This document shows positions 40,375 through 49,614 of a stretch of 64,000 nt of DNA, one piece after another; the stretch's first letter is position 1; every line of letters starts with the position of its first letter. The position numbers and the translations under genes are program-made. Source of the stretch: an uncultured Spirochaetota bacterium (GTDB lineage: Bacteria; Spirochaetota; Spirochaetia; SZUA-6; Fen-1364); contig CAWGAA010000001.1 in NCBI GenBank assembly GCA_963820525.1, positions 2,688,001 to 2,752,000 on the forward strand, read 5' to 3'. The notes beneath the pieces were generated by a model. The model worked only from the letters and a program-made list of their open reading frames with translations. It did not search any database and had not been told where the DNA came from.

Positions 40375-41907
40375 ATGTATGACGTTGCCGTGATCGGCGC
40401 CGGGGTCTCTGGGGCGGCCGTCGCGCGGCGGCTCTCCGCCTACAGGATCTCGGTTGTCATGCTGGAGGGGTGCTCCGATGTCTCCTTCGGGGTATCCAAG
40501 GCCAACTCCGGGATCATCCACGCCGGTTTTCACCACAAGCCATCAACCCTGAAGGCGCGCCTCGAGCTGCGCGGCAACTTCATGTTCGACCAGCTGGAGG
40601 CCGAGCTCGCCTTCCCCTTCCGCAGGGTGGGGATCATCGTGGCCGCATTCTCCTACGAGGAGATGAAGACCGTGGAAGGGCTCTACGCCCAGGGAATCTC
40701 GAACGGAGTGCCGCAGCTTGAAATCGTGGGTCGGGAGAGGCTGCTTGCCCTGGAGCCCGTGTTGAGCCGTGATGCGGTGGGGGGATTGTGGGCGCCCACC
40801 GGCGGCATCATCGAGCCGTACCGCTTCGTCTTCGCACTCGTCGAAAACGCCCAGGCAAACGGGGTGGCTCTCTTGACGGACTGGAAGGTGAGCGGCGCGA
40901 AGCGCCTTTCCGACGGGTGGGAGCTGCGCTCGGAGCGCGGAGAGAATCTCCGGGCCCGCTGGGTTGTGAACGCCGCCGGCCTTCACGCCGATGAGGTCTC
41001 CGCGCTGTTCGGGGCGGAGGTCTACGAGATCCGTCCCAGAAAAGGAGAAGAGTTCATCCTGGAGCGAAATGCCTCCGGGCTTCCCTCCCGCGTGATCTTT
41101 CCGGTGCCCGCGGCGAACTCCAAGGGGGTGCTCGTCATCCCCACGGTGGAAGGAACGATGATGGTGGGCCCCACCGCCGAGGACGTGATGGACAAGCGGG
41201 AGACGGCCACGACTCCGGAGAACCTCGATCGGGTCTTTGCCCTGGCTTCCCGCATGGTGCCCGCCATCTCCAAGAGGGACATCATCACCTCCTTCGCGGG
41301 GCTTCGTCCCACGCTGCCGGGAGACGATTTTTACATCGCGCTCTCCGAAAAGGCCCCCCGCCTGGTCCAGGTGGCGGGGATCCAGTCTCCCGGCCTCACG
41401 GCATCACCGGCCATCGCCGAATACGTGAAAGACCTGTTGAAGAAGGACGGCATCGAGCTTACCGAGAAGCCGGATTTCGAGCCTTCGCTCGGCAAGTCCA
41501 TCAGGGCCAGGGAGCAGACCCCGGAAAGCCTCGACGTGCTCGCGAAAAAGGATCCCGCGTATGCTCACATCGTCTGCCGCTGCGAAGGGGTGTCGGAGGC
41601 GGAGGTCGTGGAGGCGATCGGCAAGGGCCACGTTACCCTTGACGGGATCAAGTTCTATACCAGGGCGGGGATGGGCCGCTGTCAGGGAGGGTTCTGCACC
41701 TACAGGATTCTTTCAATCGTGGCGCGGGAGACAGCGCTACCCGTTGAAAGAATAACCAAGAGAGGGGAGGGGAGCAACCTGCTGATCGGCCGGATCGGCG
41801 AGGACGGCACCGGTGAAGGCAATGGCGTGGAGAGGCGCCGCCCGCAGCGAGAAGGAAACGACGGCATGGAGAGGCGCCGCCCGCGCCGGCAGAAGGGCCC
41901 CCGATGA
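40375..41907 (+). CDS. FAD-dependent oxidoreductase with BFD-like [2Fe-2S] domain (glycerol-3-phosphate dehydrogenase GlpA/LhgO-like)
   Basis: GAGVSG, SKANSGIIH, FAGLRP, QSPGLT, CRCE..GMGRCQGGFC. Confidence 0.9.
   Translation: MYDVAVIGAGVSGAAVARRLSAYRISVVMLEGCSDVSFGVSKANSGIIHAGFHHKPSTLKARLELRGNFMFDQLEAELAFPFRRVGIIVAAFSYEEMKTVEGLYAQGISNGVPQLEIVGRERLLALEPVLSRDAVGGLWAPTGGIIEPYRFVFALVENAQANGVALLTDWKVSGAKRLSDGWELRSERGENLRARWVVNAAGLHADEVSALFGAEVYEIRPRKGEEFILERNASGLPSRVIFPVPAANSKGVLVIPTVEGTMMVGPTAEDVMDKRETATTPENLDRVFALASRMVPAISKRDIITSFAGLRPTLPGDDFYIALSEKAPRLVQVAGIQSPGLTASPAIAEYVKDLLKKDGIELTEKPDFEPSLGKSIRAREQTPESLDVLAKKDPAYAHIVCRCEGVSEAEVVEAIGKGHVTLDGIKFYTRAGMGRCQGGFCTYRILSIVARETALPVERITKRGEGSNLLIGRIGEDGTGEGNGVERRRPQREGNDGMERRRPRRQKGPR
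41815..41885 (+). repeat. 39-bp tandem duplication in the C-terminal tail of the FAD oxidoreductase
   Basis: GGCGTGGAGAGGCGCCGCCCGC (41824) and GGCATGGAGAGGCGCCGCCCGC (41863); peptide EGNGVERRRPQR / EGNDGMERRRPRR. Confidence 0.75.
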
Positions 41908-43158
41908 TAGAAAAAGCATATGACACGGTGGTGATAGGCGGGGGGAGCGCCGGCATGGCCGCCGCATTGAGCGTCCGGGAGCAGGGCCGCTCCGTGGCCA
42001 TCGTGGAGAGGGAAGAGCTTCTCGGCGGCATTCTCATGCAGTGCATCCACAACGGGTTCGGCCTTCATGAGTTCGGCGAGGAACTCACGGGCCCCGAGTT
42101 CGCCGAGCGGTTCATCTCCCGGGTGATTCCATCCGGGATCGACGTCTATCTCGATACCACCGTGATGGGCATCGGCTTCGATGGGCCCCTCCGCGTCATC
42201 ACGGCGGGCTCGAAGCGCTGCGGAATGATGCGTCTCTCGAGCCGCACCGTTGTCCTGGCCATGGGCTGCCGGGAGAGGAACAGGGGCAACGTGGCCATCG
42301 CCGGGCACCCGGCCCGCGGGGGTCTTCACGGCGGGACTCGTCCAGCGCCTTGTCAACGTTGAAGGCTACATTCCGGGCCGCCGCGTGGTGATCATCGGCT
42401 CGGGGGACATCGGTCTCATCATGGCGCGCCGTCTGACGCTTGTCGGTTCCAAGGTGCTCGCCGTGGTGGAGATCCAGCCCTATCCCTCGGGAATCGTTCG
42501 AAACATCGTGCAGTGCCTGAACGATTTTTCCATCCCCTTGTACCTGAGCCACGTGGTCTCGCGCATCACCGGCGGCGATAGGGTGGAGGGCGTGGAGGTG
42601 ACGCCGCTTGTCGACGGCAAGCCGGATTACGGCCGAAGCTTCCGCCTGGAGTGCGACACGGTGCTCCTCTCCGTCGGGCTGATCCCGGAGAACGAGCTCT
42701 CCCGCAAGGCGGGAATCGTTTTGAACGACGACACGGGAGGGCCCTACGTGGACGCCGACCTCATGACGAACTCGCCGGGGATTTTCGCATGCGGCAATGT
42801 CCTGCACGTCCACGATCTTGTAGACTACGTGGCGGAAGAGGCGCGGCGCTGCGGCCAGGCGATCGGCCGCTACCTGGCAGGGCAGCCTCCGCGCCAGTTC
42901 CGCCTGGTGCCGGGGGCCAACGTGCGTTCCGCGGTCCCGAACTTCTATACCCCGGATCGGGAGAACGTGATCTACCTGCGGTCCCTCGTGGTGAAGAACG
43001 ACGCACAGCTTGAGCTCAGCGTCGGCGGGGTGGAGATCAGAAAGAGAAAGCTGGCCCACGTGCAGCCTTCCGAGATGATCCGGCTGAAGCTTTCGCCCCA
43101 GGATTTTCCGTCCTTGAGCGATTCCCAGGCCAACGTCATGGAGGTATCGCTTCGGTGA
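41904..43158 (+). pseudogene. NAD(P)/FAD-dependent oxidoreductase (G3PDH partner subunit) with a +1 frameshift at ~42300 (pseudogene or sequencing error)
   Basis: GGGSAG..QCIHNGFG..AMGCRER in ORF 41904. Removing one G (atc g ccg) gives IPGTRPAGV, continuous with GSGDIG and ACGNVLHVHD in ORF 42250. Confidence 0.85.
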
Positions 43159-43218
43159 GCGATGTGCGCATCATATCAGGGCCCATGCGGGATGCCCGGA
43201 CTCGCGGAGCAAAGCGCG

Positions 43219-43596
43219 ATGGCTGAGATCGTGTGCATCGCATGCCCCATCGGCTGCAGGCTGACCGTGGAGGGCCGGGAAGGGGAAGAGATCCGGGTGA
43301 GCGGGAACCGCTGTCCCAAGGGGGAGACGTACGGAAGGGAAGAGGTCCTGTCCCCCCGGAGGGTCCTGACCGCCGTGGTCCGCACGGACTCGGCCCCCTT
43401 TCCCTATGCGAGCGTTCGGACCGACAAGCCTCTCCCTCGTCCCCTCATGACGGATCTCCTCTCCGCGCTTCTGGCCAGGGAGGCGAGGCTGCCCGTTGTC
43501 CGCGGCGCGCCGCTTATGAAGGACTTCAAGGGCTCCGGGGTGAACGTGGTTTTCACCCGAACGCTACCACCGGATGAGGTTCCCCCCGTAGGTTAG
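43219..43596 (+). CDS. DUF1667 domain protein (CxxC..C), third gene of the G3PDH-like module
   Basis: CIACPIGC, GNRCPKG..Y, PRRVLT. Confidence 0.88.
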   Translation: MAEIVCIACPIGCRLTVEGREGEEIRVSGNRCPKGETYGREEVLSPRRVLTAVVRTDSAPFPYASVRTDKPLPRPLMTDLLSALLAREARLPVVRGAPLMKDFKGSGVNVVFTRTLPPDEVPPVG

Positions 43597-44550
43597 CCCG
43601 GCGCCGAAACCGTAGGTGAGGATGAGGTCGCCCTCCTTCACCAGGCCTTTCTGCTGCATCTCGCCAAGGGCGATGGGGATGGAGGCTGCCGAGGTGTTGG
43701 CGTACTCTGCGATGTTGACGAAGAACTTTTCAAGCGGGATCTTCGAGCGCTTGGCCGCGGCTTCTATGATCCTGACGTTCGCCTGGTGGGGAACGATGTA
43801 GGCAACATCGTCCACGGTGATGCCCTGCGAGTCGAGCATCTCCACGATCCCTTCCGAAATGACCTTGACGGCGAAGTTGTAGACCTGGCGGCCGTCCATG
43901 CGGAGGAAAAAGCCCGGGCTGTTCAGGTTTTCGGGGGTCAGCGGATTGCGGCTTCCTCCCACGGACCTCTCCAGCCACTGCCCGCCGGAGCCGTCGGAGC
44001 GGAGAATCGAGTAGAGCACTCCCCGATTTCCCGCCGCGGGGTCGGCGCAGACGAGGGCGGCCCCCGCTCCATCGCCGAAGAGCACGCACGTGTTCCTGTC
44101 CTTCCAGTCGGCGATGCGGCTCAGGGTTTCTGCCCCGACAACAAGGACGTTCTTCGCTCCGCCGCCTGCGATGAAGTTGCGCGCCGTCTCCAGGGCGTAG
44201 ATGAACCCCGTACATCCGGCCTGCACGTCCATGGCGGCCGCCTTGCGCGCGCCCAGCTTGTCCTGGATGATGCAGGATGTTGATGGAAAGCCGAAGAAAT
44301 CCCCCGTGACCGTGGCGACGAGGATCAGGTCCAGGTCTTCAGGGGAGAGGCGCGCCTTCTTGAGGACCTTCTGGCACGCATCCAGGGCGAGGTCCGAGGT
44401 GGCCTGACCTTCCTCCACGAGGTGGCGGAACTTGATCCCGGTATGCGAGAATATCCATTCATCCGATGTATCCAGGACGGAAGCGAGATCATCGTTGGAC
44501 ACTCTTTTCTTGGGAACCGCAAAATCGACTGCTCTGATGATGGCTTGCAT
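43564..44550 (-). CDS. fabH: Beta-ketoacyl-ACP synthase III
   Basis: DTSDEWI, AGCTGF, LFGDGAGA, PHQAN, ANTSAAS, GFGAG. Confidence 0.96.
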   Translation of the reverse strand: MQAIIRAVDFAVPKKRVSNDDLASVLDTSDEWIFSHTGIKFRHLVEEGQATSDLALDACQKVLKKARLSPEDLDLILVATVTGDFFGFPSTSCIIQDKLGARKAAAMDVQAGCTGFIYALETARNFIAGGGAKNVLVVGAETLSRIADWKDRNTCVLFGDGAGAALVCADPAAGNRGVLYSILRSDGSGGQWLERSVGGSRNPLTPENLNSPGFFLRMDGRQVYNFAVKVISEGIVEMLDSQGITVDDVAYIVPHQANVRIIEAAAKRSKIPLEKFFVNIAEYANTSAASIPIALGEMQQKGLVKEGDLILTYGFGAGLTYGGNLIRW

Positions 44551-44556
44551 GCGCAG

Positions 44557-44696
44557 ATACTAATGTGATCGGATATCAGGGTCAACTACCGTTGATTTCC
44601 TCTCTTTCTGGTATCTTATAATAACATAATGATATAATCAATATCAATTATAGGGCTCTCTCCTTGCTTGACCATCATGCCCCTCCATGCTATTTT
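44557..44696. promoter_or_regulatory. Divergent sigma70-type promoters for fabH and fabD with an AT-rich inverted repeat between them
   Basis: Minus strand TTGACC-17-TAGTAT (44585-44557); plus strand TTGACC-17-TATTTT with extended TG (44668-44696); TATAAT-N8-ATTATA at 44633-44652. Confidence 0.65.
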
Positions 44697-44705
44697 CCCT
44701 CCACC

Positions 44706-45650
44706 ATGAAAACCTGTTTCCTTTTCCCCGGTCAGGGAGCCCAGTATCCAGGCATGGGCAAGGATCTCTGGGACTCCAGCCCGGCCGTGAAAGAGCTCTT
44801 CGGCAAGGCTTCCAAGGCCGCTGGGATGGATATGGAGCGGCTCTTGTTCCAGGCGGGTGCGGACGAGCTTCAGGCAACGGACAAGACACAGGTGGCCATC
44901 ACCCTGATGAACCTCTCCGCGGCGGTGGTCCTGCGGGAAAAGGGCGTCACGATGGACGGGTGCGCCGGGTTCAGCCTGGGGGAGTATGCCGCGCTGTACG
45001 AGGCCGGGGTCGTCAGCCTTCCCGACCTTTTCTCCATCGTGAAGCTCCGCGGCGAGCTGATGGAGAAGGCGTCGCGGAACCTCGATTCGCCCGCGGGCAA
45101 GCCCGGGATGGCCGCCGTTCTGGGGCTTTCTTCGGCCCTCGCGGCAGCGGCGCTGGAGTCCCTGGCCAAAGAAAACGTGTACATGGCGAACCACAACAGC
45201 CCGAGCCAGATCGTTCTCTCCGGAACCCCGGGCGGGCTTGCCAAAGCGGAGGCGGCGCTAAAAAGCGCGGGGGCCAAGAGGGTTATCAGGCTCAAGGTGT
45301 CGGGCCCCTTCCATTCCCCTCTCCTTGTTGAAGCCGCCGAGGCGTTCGAGAAAGCCCTCGAAAGCTACAGCTTCTCCGATCCGCGGGTGCCCGTCTATTC
45401 CAATGTCACGGGTGGGCGTATCTCATCGGGGATAGAAGCGAGACTGTTGTGCGGGAAGCAGATCGTATCCACGGTCCGATGGGTCGGGGTGGAAGAGAGC
45501 CTTCTTGCTGAGGGATTCACCCGCTTCGTCGAGGCGGGACCGGGTACCGTTCTCACGGGGCTTTTCAAGGCCTTGAAGGCGGACGTGAATGCGGCACCCG
45601 CCGGAAAAAAGGAAGAAATCGAAAAAATCACGGCCACGGCGGCCGCATGA
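44706..45650 (+). CDS. fabD: Malonyl-CoA:ACP transacylase
   Basis: FPGQGAQ, GFSLGEY, VSGPFHS, GPG.VL. Confidence 0.96.
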   Translation: MKTCFLFPGQGAQYPGMGKDLWDSSPAVKELFGKASKAAGMDMERLLFQAGADELQATDKTQVAITLMNLSAAVVLREKGVTMDGCAGFSLGEYAALYEAGVVSLPDLFSIVKLRGELMEKASRNLDSPAGKPGMAAVLGLSSALAAAALESLAKENVYMANHNSPSQIVLSGTPGGLAKAEAALKSAGAKRVIRLKVSGPFHSPLLVEAAEAFEKALESYSFSDPRVPVYSNVTGGRISSGIEARLLCGKQIVSTVRWVGVEESLLAEGFTRFVEAGPGTVLTGLFKALKADVNAAPAGKKEEIEKITATAAA

Positions 45651-45660
45651 CGGGAGGAAG

Positions 45661-46407
45661 ATGATGCTCTTGAAGGGAAAGAATGCCATCGTGACGGGGG
45701 GGGCCCGGGGAATCGGAAGAGAGATCGTCATGGATTTCCTGCGGGAAGGCGCCTCGGTTGCCTTCATAGATCTGAACCCCAGCGAGTCCATGGCCGAGAT
45801 GGAGCAGGCAGCCGCGGCGGCCGGTGGGAAAGTGGCGTTCAAGAAGGGCGATGTGTCGAACGCGGAGGGCATCTCCAAGGTAATCGATGAGATCATCAAG
45901 GAGATGGGCTCCGTGGAAATCCTGGTGAACAATGCGGGAATCACCCGGGATGGGCTGGTCTTCCGCATGCCGCTGGAGAACTGGGAAAAGGTCCTGAGCA
46001 TCAACCTGACTTCTGCGTTCCTGGTGAGCCAGATCGTGGCCCGTCAGATGATCAAGCAGAGGACGGGCTCAATCATCAACATGGCCTCCATTGTCGGGCT
46101 GGGGGGAAACGCAGGCCAGGCCAACTATGCCGCCTCCAAGGCCGGCCTTATCGGGCTAACACGCAGCCTGGCAAAGGAGTGCGGCGGCCGGGGAGTGCGC
46201 GTGAACGCCGTCGCCCCCGGCTACATCGACACCGACATGACCCGCGGGCTTCCCGAGCAGGCCAAGGAGGCGTTCCTCACCGTCGTGGCGATGAAGAGGC
46301 CGGGCAAGCCGGAGGAGGTGGCCAAGGTGGTGACCTTCCTCGCTTCCGACATGGCCGGGTACGTCTCGGGGGACGTGATCCGGGTAGACGGCTGCATGGC
46401 AATCTAG
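45661..46407 (+). CDS. fabG: 3-oxoacyl-ACP reductase
   Basis: TGGARGIG, NNAGITRD, YAASKAG, located between fabD and fabF. Confidence 0.95.
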   Translation: MMLLKGKNAIVTGGARGIGREIVMDFLREGASVAFIDLNPSESMAEMEQAAAAAGGKVAFKKGDVSNAEGISKVIDEIIKEMGSVEILVNNAGITRDGLVFRMPLENWEKVLSINLTSAFLVSQIVARQMIKQRTGSIINMASIVGLGGNAGQANYAASKAGLIGLTRSLAKECGGRGVRVNAVAPGYIDTDMTRGLPEQAKEAFLTVVAMKRPGKPEEVAKVVTFLASDMAGYVSGDVIRVDGCMAI

Positions 46408-46422
46408 ATCAGAGGAGAAGGC

Positions 46423-47667
46423 ATGGCGCGAAGAGTCGTTGTGACGGGCCTGGGCACCGTGAACCCGCTGGGCAACAGCGTGAAGGACTACTGGCAGGGA
46501 ATCAAAAGCGGCGCGAGCGGGATCGGCAGGCTCACGCGCCTGGATTCATCAGATTTTTCGACGAAGATTGCCGGAGAGGTGAGGGACTTCTCTCCCGAAA
46601 AGTACCTGGAAACCAAGGAAGCGAGGAGGATGGACCGCTTCACCCAATACGCGATGGTTGCGGCCCTTCAAGCGATGGAGGACGCCGGCCTCAAGGAAGG
46701 GAGCGTGGATCCCGAGCGCCTGGGGGTCACCCTGGGAAACGGTATCGGCGGGATCGAGACGCTGGAGAACAACCACATCAAGTTTCTCGAAAAAGGCACG
46801 CGGGCGGTCCACCCGCTTTTGGTGCCCATGATGATAATCAACGAGGCGGCGGGCAACATCGCCATCCGAATCCAGGCCTTCGGCCCCGCGTTCTGCGTCG
46901 TGACGGCCTGCGCCTCCTCCAATGACGCCATGGCCGACGCATTCCGCCTCATCCGCGAGGGGGTCACCGACGTCATGGTAAGCGGAGGAACCGAAGCCCC
47001 TCTGACGACGATGGGACTGTCCGGGTTCTGCCAGCTTCAGGCCGTGAGCATCAAGCGCAACGACACTCCCGAGCGCGCAAGCCGTCCATTTGACAAGGAC
47101 AGGGATGGGTTTGTCATCGCGGAAGGCTCCGGGATCCTCATCCTGGAGGAGCTGGAGCACGCGCGGGCGCGCGGAGCCCGCATCTACGCCGAGATGATCG
47201 GCTACGGGGCAAGCTGCGACGCGAATCACCTCACCGCCCCGCACCCCGAGGGCCGGGGAGCCATCCAGGCCCTGCGCGCCGCGCTGGCCTCATCGGGAAT
47301 GAAGCCCGAGGATTTCGACTACATCAATGCACACGGCACGTCGACGCAGATCAACGACCCCATCGAAACCAAGGCCATCAAGGCCGTGTTCGGGGAACAT
47401 GCGCGAAAGCTCAAGGTCTCTTCCACGAAGTCGATGACGGGTCACCTGCTCGGGGCGGCGGGGGGAGTGGAGGCGGTAGCGACCGTGCTCGCGATCAAGG
47501 AGCAGTTCTTCCCGCCAACCATCAACCTCGAGGAGCCGGACCCCGAATGCGACCTTGACTACGTGCCGGGCAAGGGCTATCCCGGCCGCATACGGGCCGC
47601 CCTCTCCAATGCCTTGGGCTTCGGGGGCCACAACACGGTGGTAGCGTTCAGGGAGTTCACGGGCTGA
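46423..47667 (+). CDS. fabF: Beta-ketoacyl-ACP synthase II
   Basis: TACASS, SRPFDKDRDGF, NAHGTST, GHLLGAAG, GFGGHN. Confidence 0.97.
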   Translation: MARRVVVTGLGTVNPLGNSVKDYWQGIKSGASGIGRLTRLDSSDFSTKIAGEVRDFSPEKYLETKEARRMDRFTQYAMVAALQAMEDAGLKEGSVDPERLGVTLGNGIGGIETLENNHIKFLEKGTRAVHPLLVPMMIINEAAGNIAIRIQAFGPAFCVVTACASSNDAMADAFRLIREGVTDVMVSGGTEAPLTTMGLSGFCQLQAVSIKRNDTPERASRPFDKDRDGFVIAEGSGILILEELEHARARGARIYAEMIGYGASCDANHLTAPHPEGRGAIQALRAALASSGMKPEDFDYINAHGTSTQINDPIETKAIKAVFGEHARKLKVSSTKSMTGHLLGAAGGVEAVATVLAIKEQFFPPTINLEEPDPECDLDYVPGKGYPGRIRAALSNALGFGGHNTVVAFREFTG

Positions 47668-47674
47668 TTGCCAG

Positions 47675-47707
47675 GGGCGCCGCTGAGAACTCGCTTTTCC
47701 GGCGCCC
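47675..47707. terminator. Hairpin between convergent fabF and the HMT/MTHFR gene
   Basis: GGGCGCCG...CGGCGCCC inverted repeat; large loop and weak U-tract. Confidence 0.4.
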
Positions 47708-47711
47708 TTAC

Positions 47712-49553
47712 CTAGTCGATCACCTTCAGGGCGTTTTGAACCTTGCCCAGGGGCGCCGAGAGCTGAACCCCGGAGATGCATCCCTTCACGGCCTCCAGGA
47801 GCTCCCGGGCGATCGCGATCCCTTCCTCTACCGCGGACTCCTTTGTGTCGCATTTCGACATCCGCTCGATGATGGAGTCGGGAACAAAGACCCCGGGGAC
47901 CTCGTTTTTCATGAACTCGGCATTGCGCAGGCTCACCAGGGGCCAGATCCCCGCGACTATGGGAATGCGGGCGAGCCCTTTCATGCTGTCGAGGAAACGA
48001 ATGAGCGGCTCCGCGTCGAAAACGGGCTGCGTGATGGCGAACTCGGCTCCCGCCTCGATCTTCCACCGCATCCGCTCCAGCTCCCGCTTGAGGTTTACAG
48101 CGCTGGGATTCATGCCGACGCCATAGCAGAACTCGGTTTGCCGTCCCACGGGATTGTTTCCCAGGTCGAAGCCGCGGTTGAGCATGCCGACCAGGTTGCA
48201 CAGTCCGATCGAGTCGATGTTGAAAACGGCCGTGGCATCGGGGTAGGTGCCCATGGCGGGCGGATCTCCCGTGACGAGAAGCACATTGCGGATACCCAGG
48301 GCGTGCGACCCGAGCAGGTCTCCCTGAAGGGCCAGGAGATTCTTGTCCTTGCAGGTGAAGTGAGGGATCGCCTCGATGCCGGACTCCCGCTGGATGACCG
48401 CGGCCGCCGCCAGAGCGCTCATCTTTACCTGCGCCCGGGGGCTGTCGGGCACGTTGACGGCATCGATTCCGTTCTCCTTGAGCAGCTGGGCGTTCTCGAT
48501 GAGCTTCTGGACGTCGATTCCCTTCGGAGGCACGAGCTCGACGCAGGTGACGAACTCCCCGCGGGCGAGCCTGGCGGCCCAGCGGCTTTTTTTCTCCAGA
48601 GCCAGGGGGGCCGGAGCGCTCTTTGGGACGACAAGGCGGACATGCTCCCGGGTAACGCTTGGGGCCAGGGCCCGGATCTCTCTCCTGATCTCCCGGATGT
48701 GGGCCGGGGTGGTGCCGCAGCAGCCGCCGACGATGCGCACGCCGCTTTGGATCATGCGCGCCGCGTATTTCGCCATGTACACGGGCGTGGTGGGGTAGAT
48801 GTTCCTTCCATCGACCGCAATGGGCATCCCGGCATTGGGCTGGACGCAGATGGGGCGCTGGGTAACCCTGACCATCTTTTCCGCGGTTTCAAGCATCATC
48901 TTGGGGCCCTCCGAGCAGTTGAGCCCTATGGCGTCGGGGGCAAGCTCGTCCAGAGCCGACGTGAAGACTTCGGGCTCGGTTCCGTAGATCGATGTGCCAT
49001 CTGCGTTGATTGTAAGCGATGCGACGAGGGAAAGCGTGCACGCGGCGCGCACGCCGCGGATGGCGGCGGCAAGCTCCCGAAGGTCCACGAACGTCTCCAG
49101 GATTATGATGTCGGCCCCCGCCTCGGCGAGGATGGAGGCCTGCTGCCTGAAAAGCTCCTCCGCCTCCGCGACAGCAAGAGCGCCTAAGGGCTCCACCTTG
49201 AGCCCCAGGGGGCCAATGGAGCCCGCGATCCAGACCGTTTCCGTCCTGCCCGCTTCGTCTCTGGCGCTTTTTGCCAGGGTCACGGCCTTCTGATTTATCT
49301 GGGCGAATTTCTCCACGAAACCCGCGGCTCGGAGCTTCGGAATGCCCGCGCCCCAGCTGTTCGTGGTGAGCACCTCCGCGCCGGCGTCCAGGTATTCCCG
49401 GTGAATCTCCAGGACAAGGGCGGGATCCGAAAGGCATACCTCCTCGAAGCATCGGTTGAAGAACACGCCCTTCTCGTAGAGCATGGTTCCCATCGCGCCG
49501 TCGAAGAGAATCGGTGAGCCCTGCTCGAGCCTCGAGCGAAAATCGCTTTTCGT
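47712..49553 (-). CDS. yitJ: Bifunctional homocysteine S-methyltransferase / 5,10-methylene-THF reductase (YitJ-like); apparent ACG start
   Basis: LFDGAMGT, GLNC, GGCCGTTP, then an MTHFR domain (VELVPP, TGDPP, TQPVF). The frame is open upstream of ATG 49493 to ACG 49553, which lies 6 nt after AGGAGG. Confidence 0.9.
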   Translation of the reverse strand, partial: TKSDFRSRLEQGSPILFDGAMGTMLYEKGVFFNRCFEEVCLSDPALVLEIHREYLDAGAEVLTTNSWGAGIPKLRAAGFVEKFAQINQKAVTLAKSARDEAGRTETVWIAGSIGPLGLKVEPLGALAVAEAEELFRQQASILAEAGADIIILETFVDLRELAAAIRGVRAACTLSLVASLTINADGTSIYGTEPEVFTSALDELAPDAIGLNCSEGPKMMLETAEKMVRVTQRPICVQPNAGMPIAVDGRNIYPTTPVYMAKYAARMIQSGVRIVGGCCGTTPAHIREIRREIRALAPSVTREHVRLVVPKSAPAPLALEKKSRWAARLARGEFVTCVELVPPKGIDVQKLIENAQLLKENGIDAVNVPDSPRAQVKMSALAAAAVIQRESGIEAIPHFTCKDKNLLALQGDLLGSHALGIRNVLLVTGDPPAMGTYPDATAVFNIDSIGLCNLVGMLNRGFDLGNNPVGRQTEFCYGVGMNPSAVNLKRELERMRWKIEAGAEFAITQPVFDAEPLIRFLDSMKGLARIPIVAGIWPLVSLRNAEFMKNEVPGVFVPDSIIERMSKCDTKESAVEEGIAIARELLEAVKGCISGVQLSAPLGKVQNALKVID

Positions 49554-49614
49554 ACATTTCCTCCTGGATCTCTGGGGGACCTTGGGATGTCGTCGCGCCG
49601 GCGTACCGGGTGTG

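Noticed and set aside
43564..43596. Convergent 3' overlaps (DUF1667/fabH; also Gfo/uvrA 13846-13868) as antisense regulation
   Set aside because: Short convergent overlaps are common in GC-rich genomes; no further evidence.
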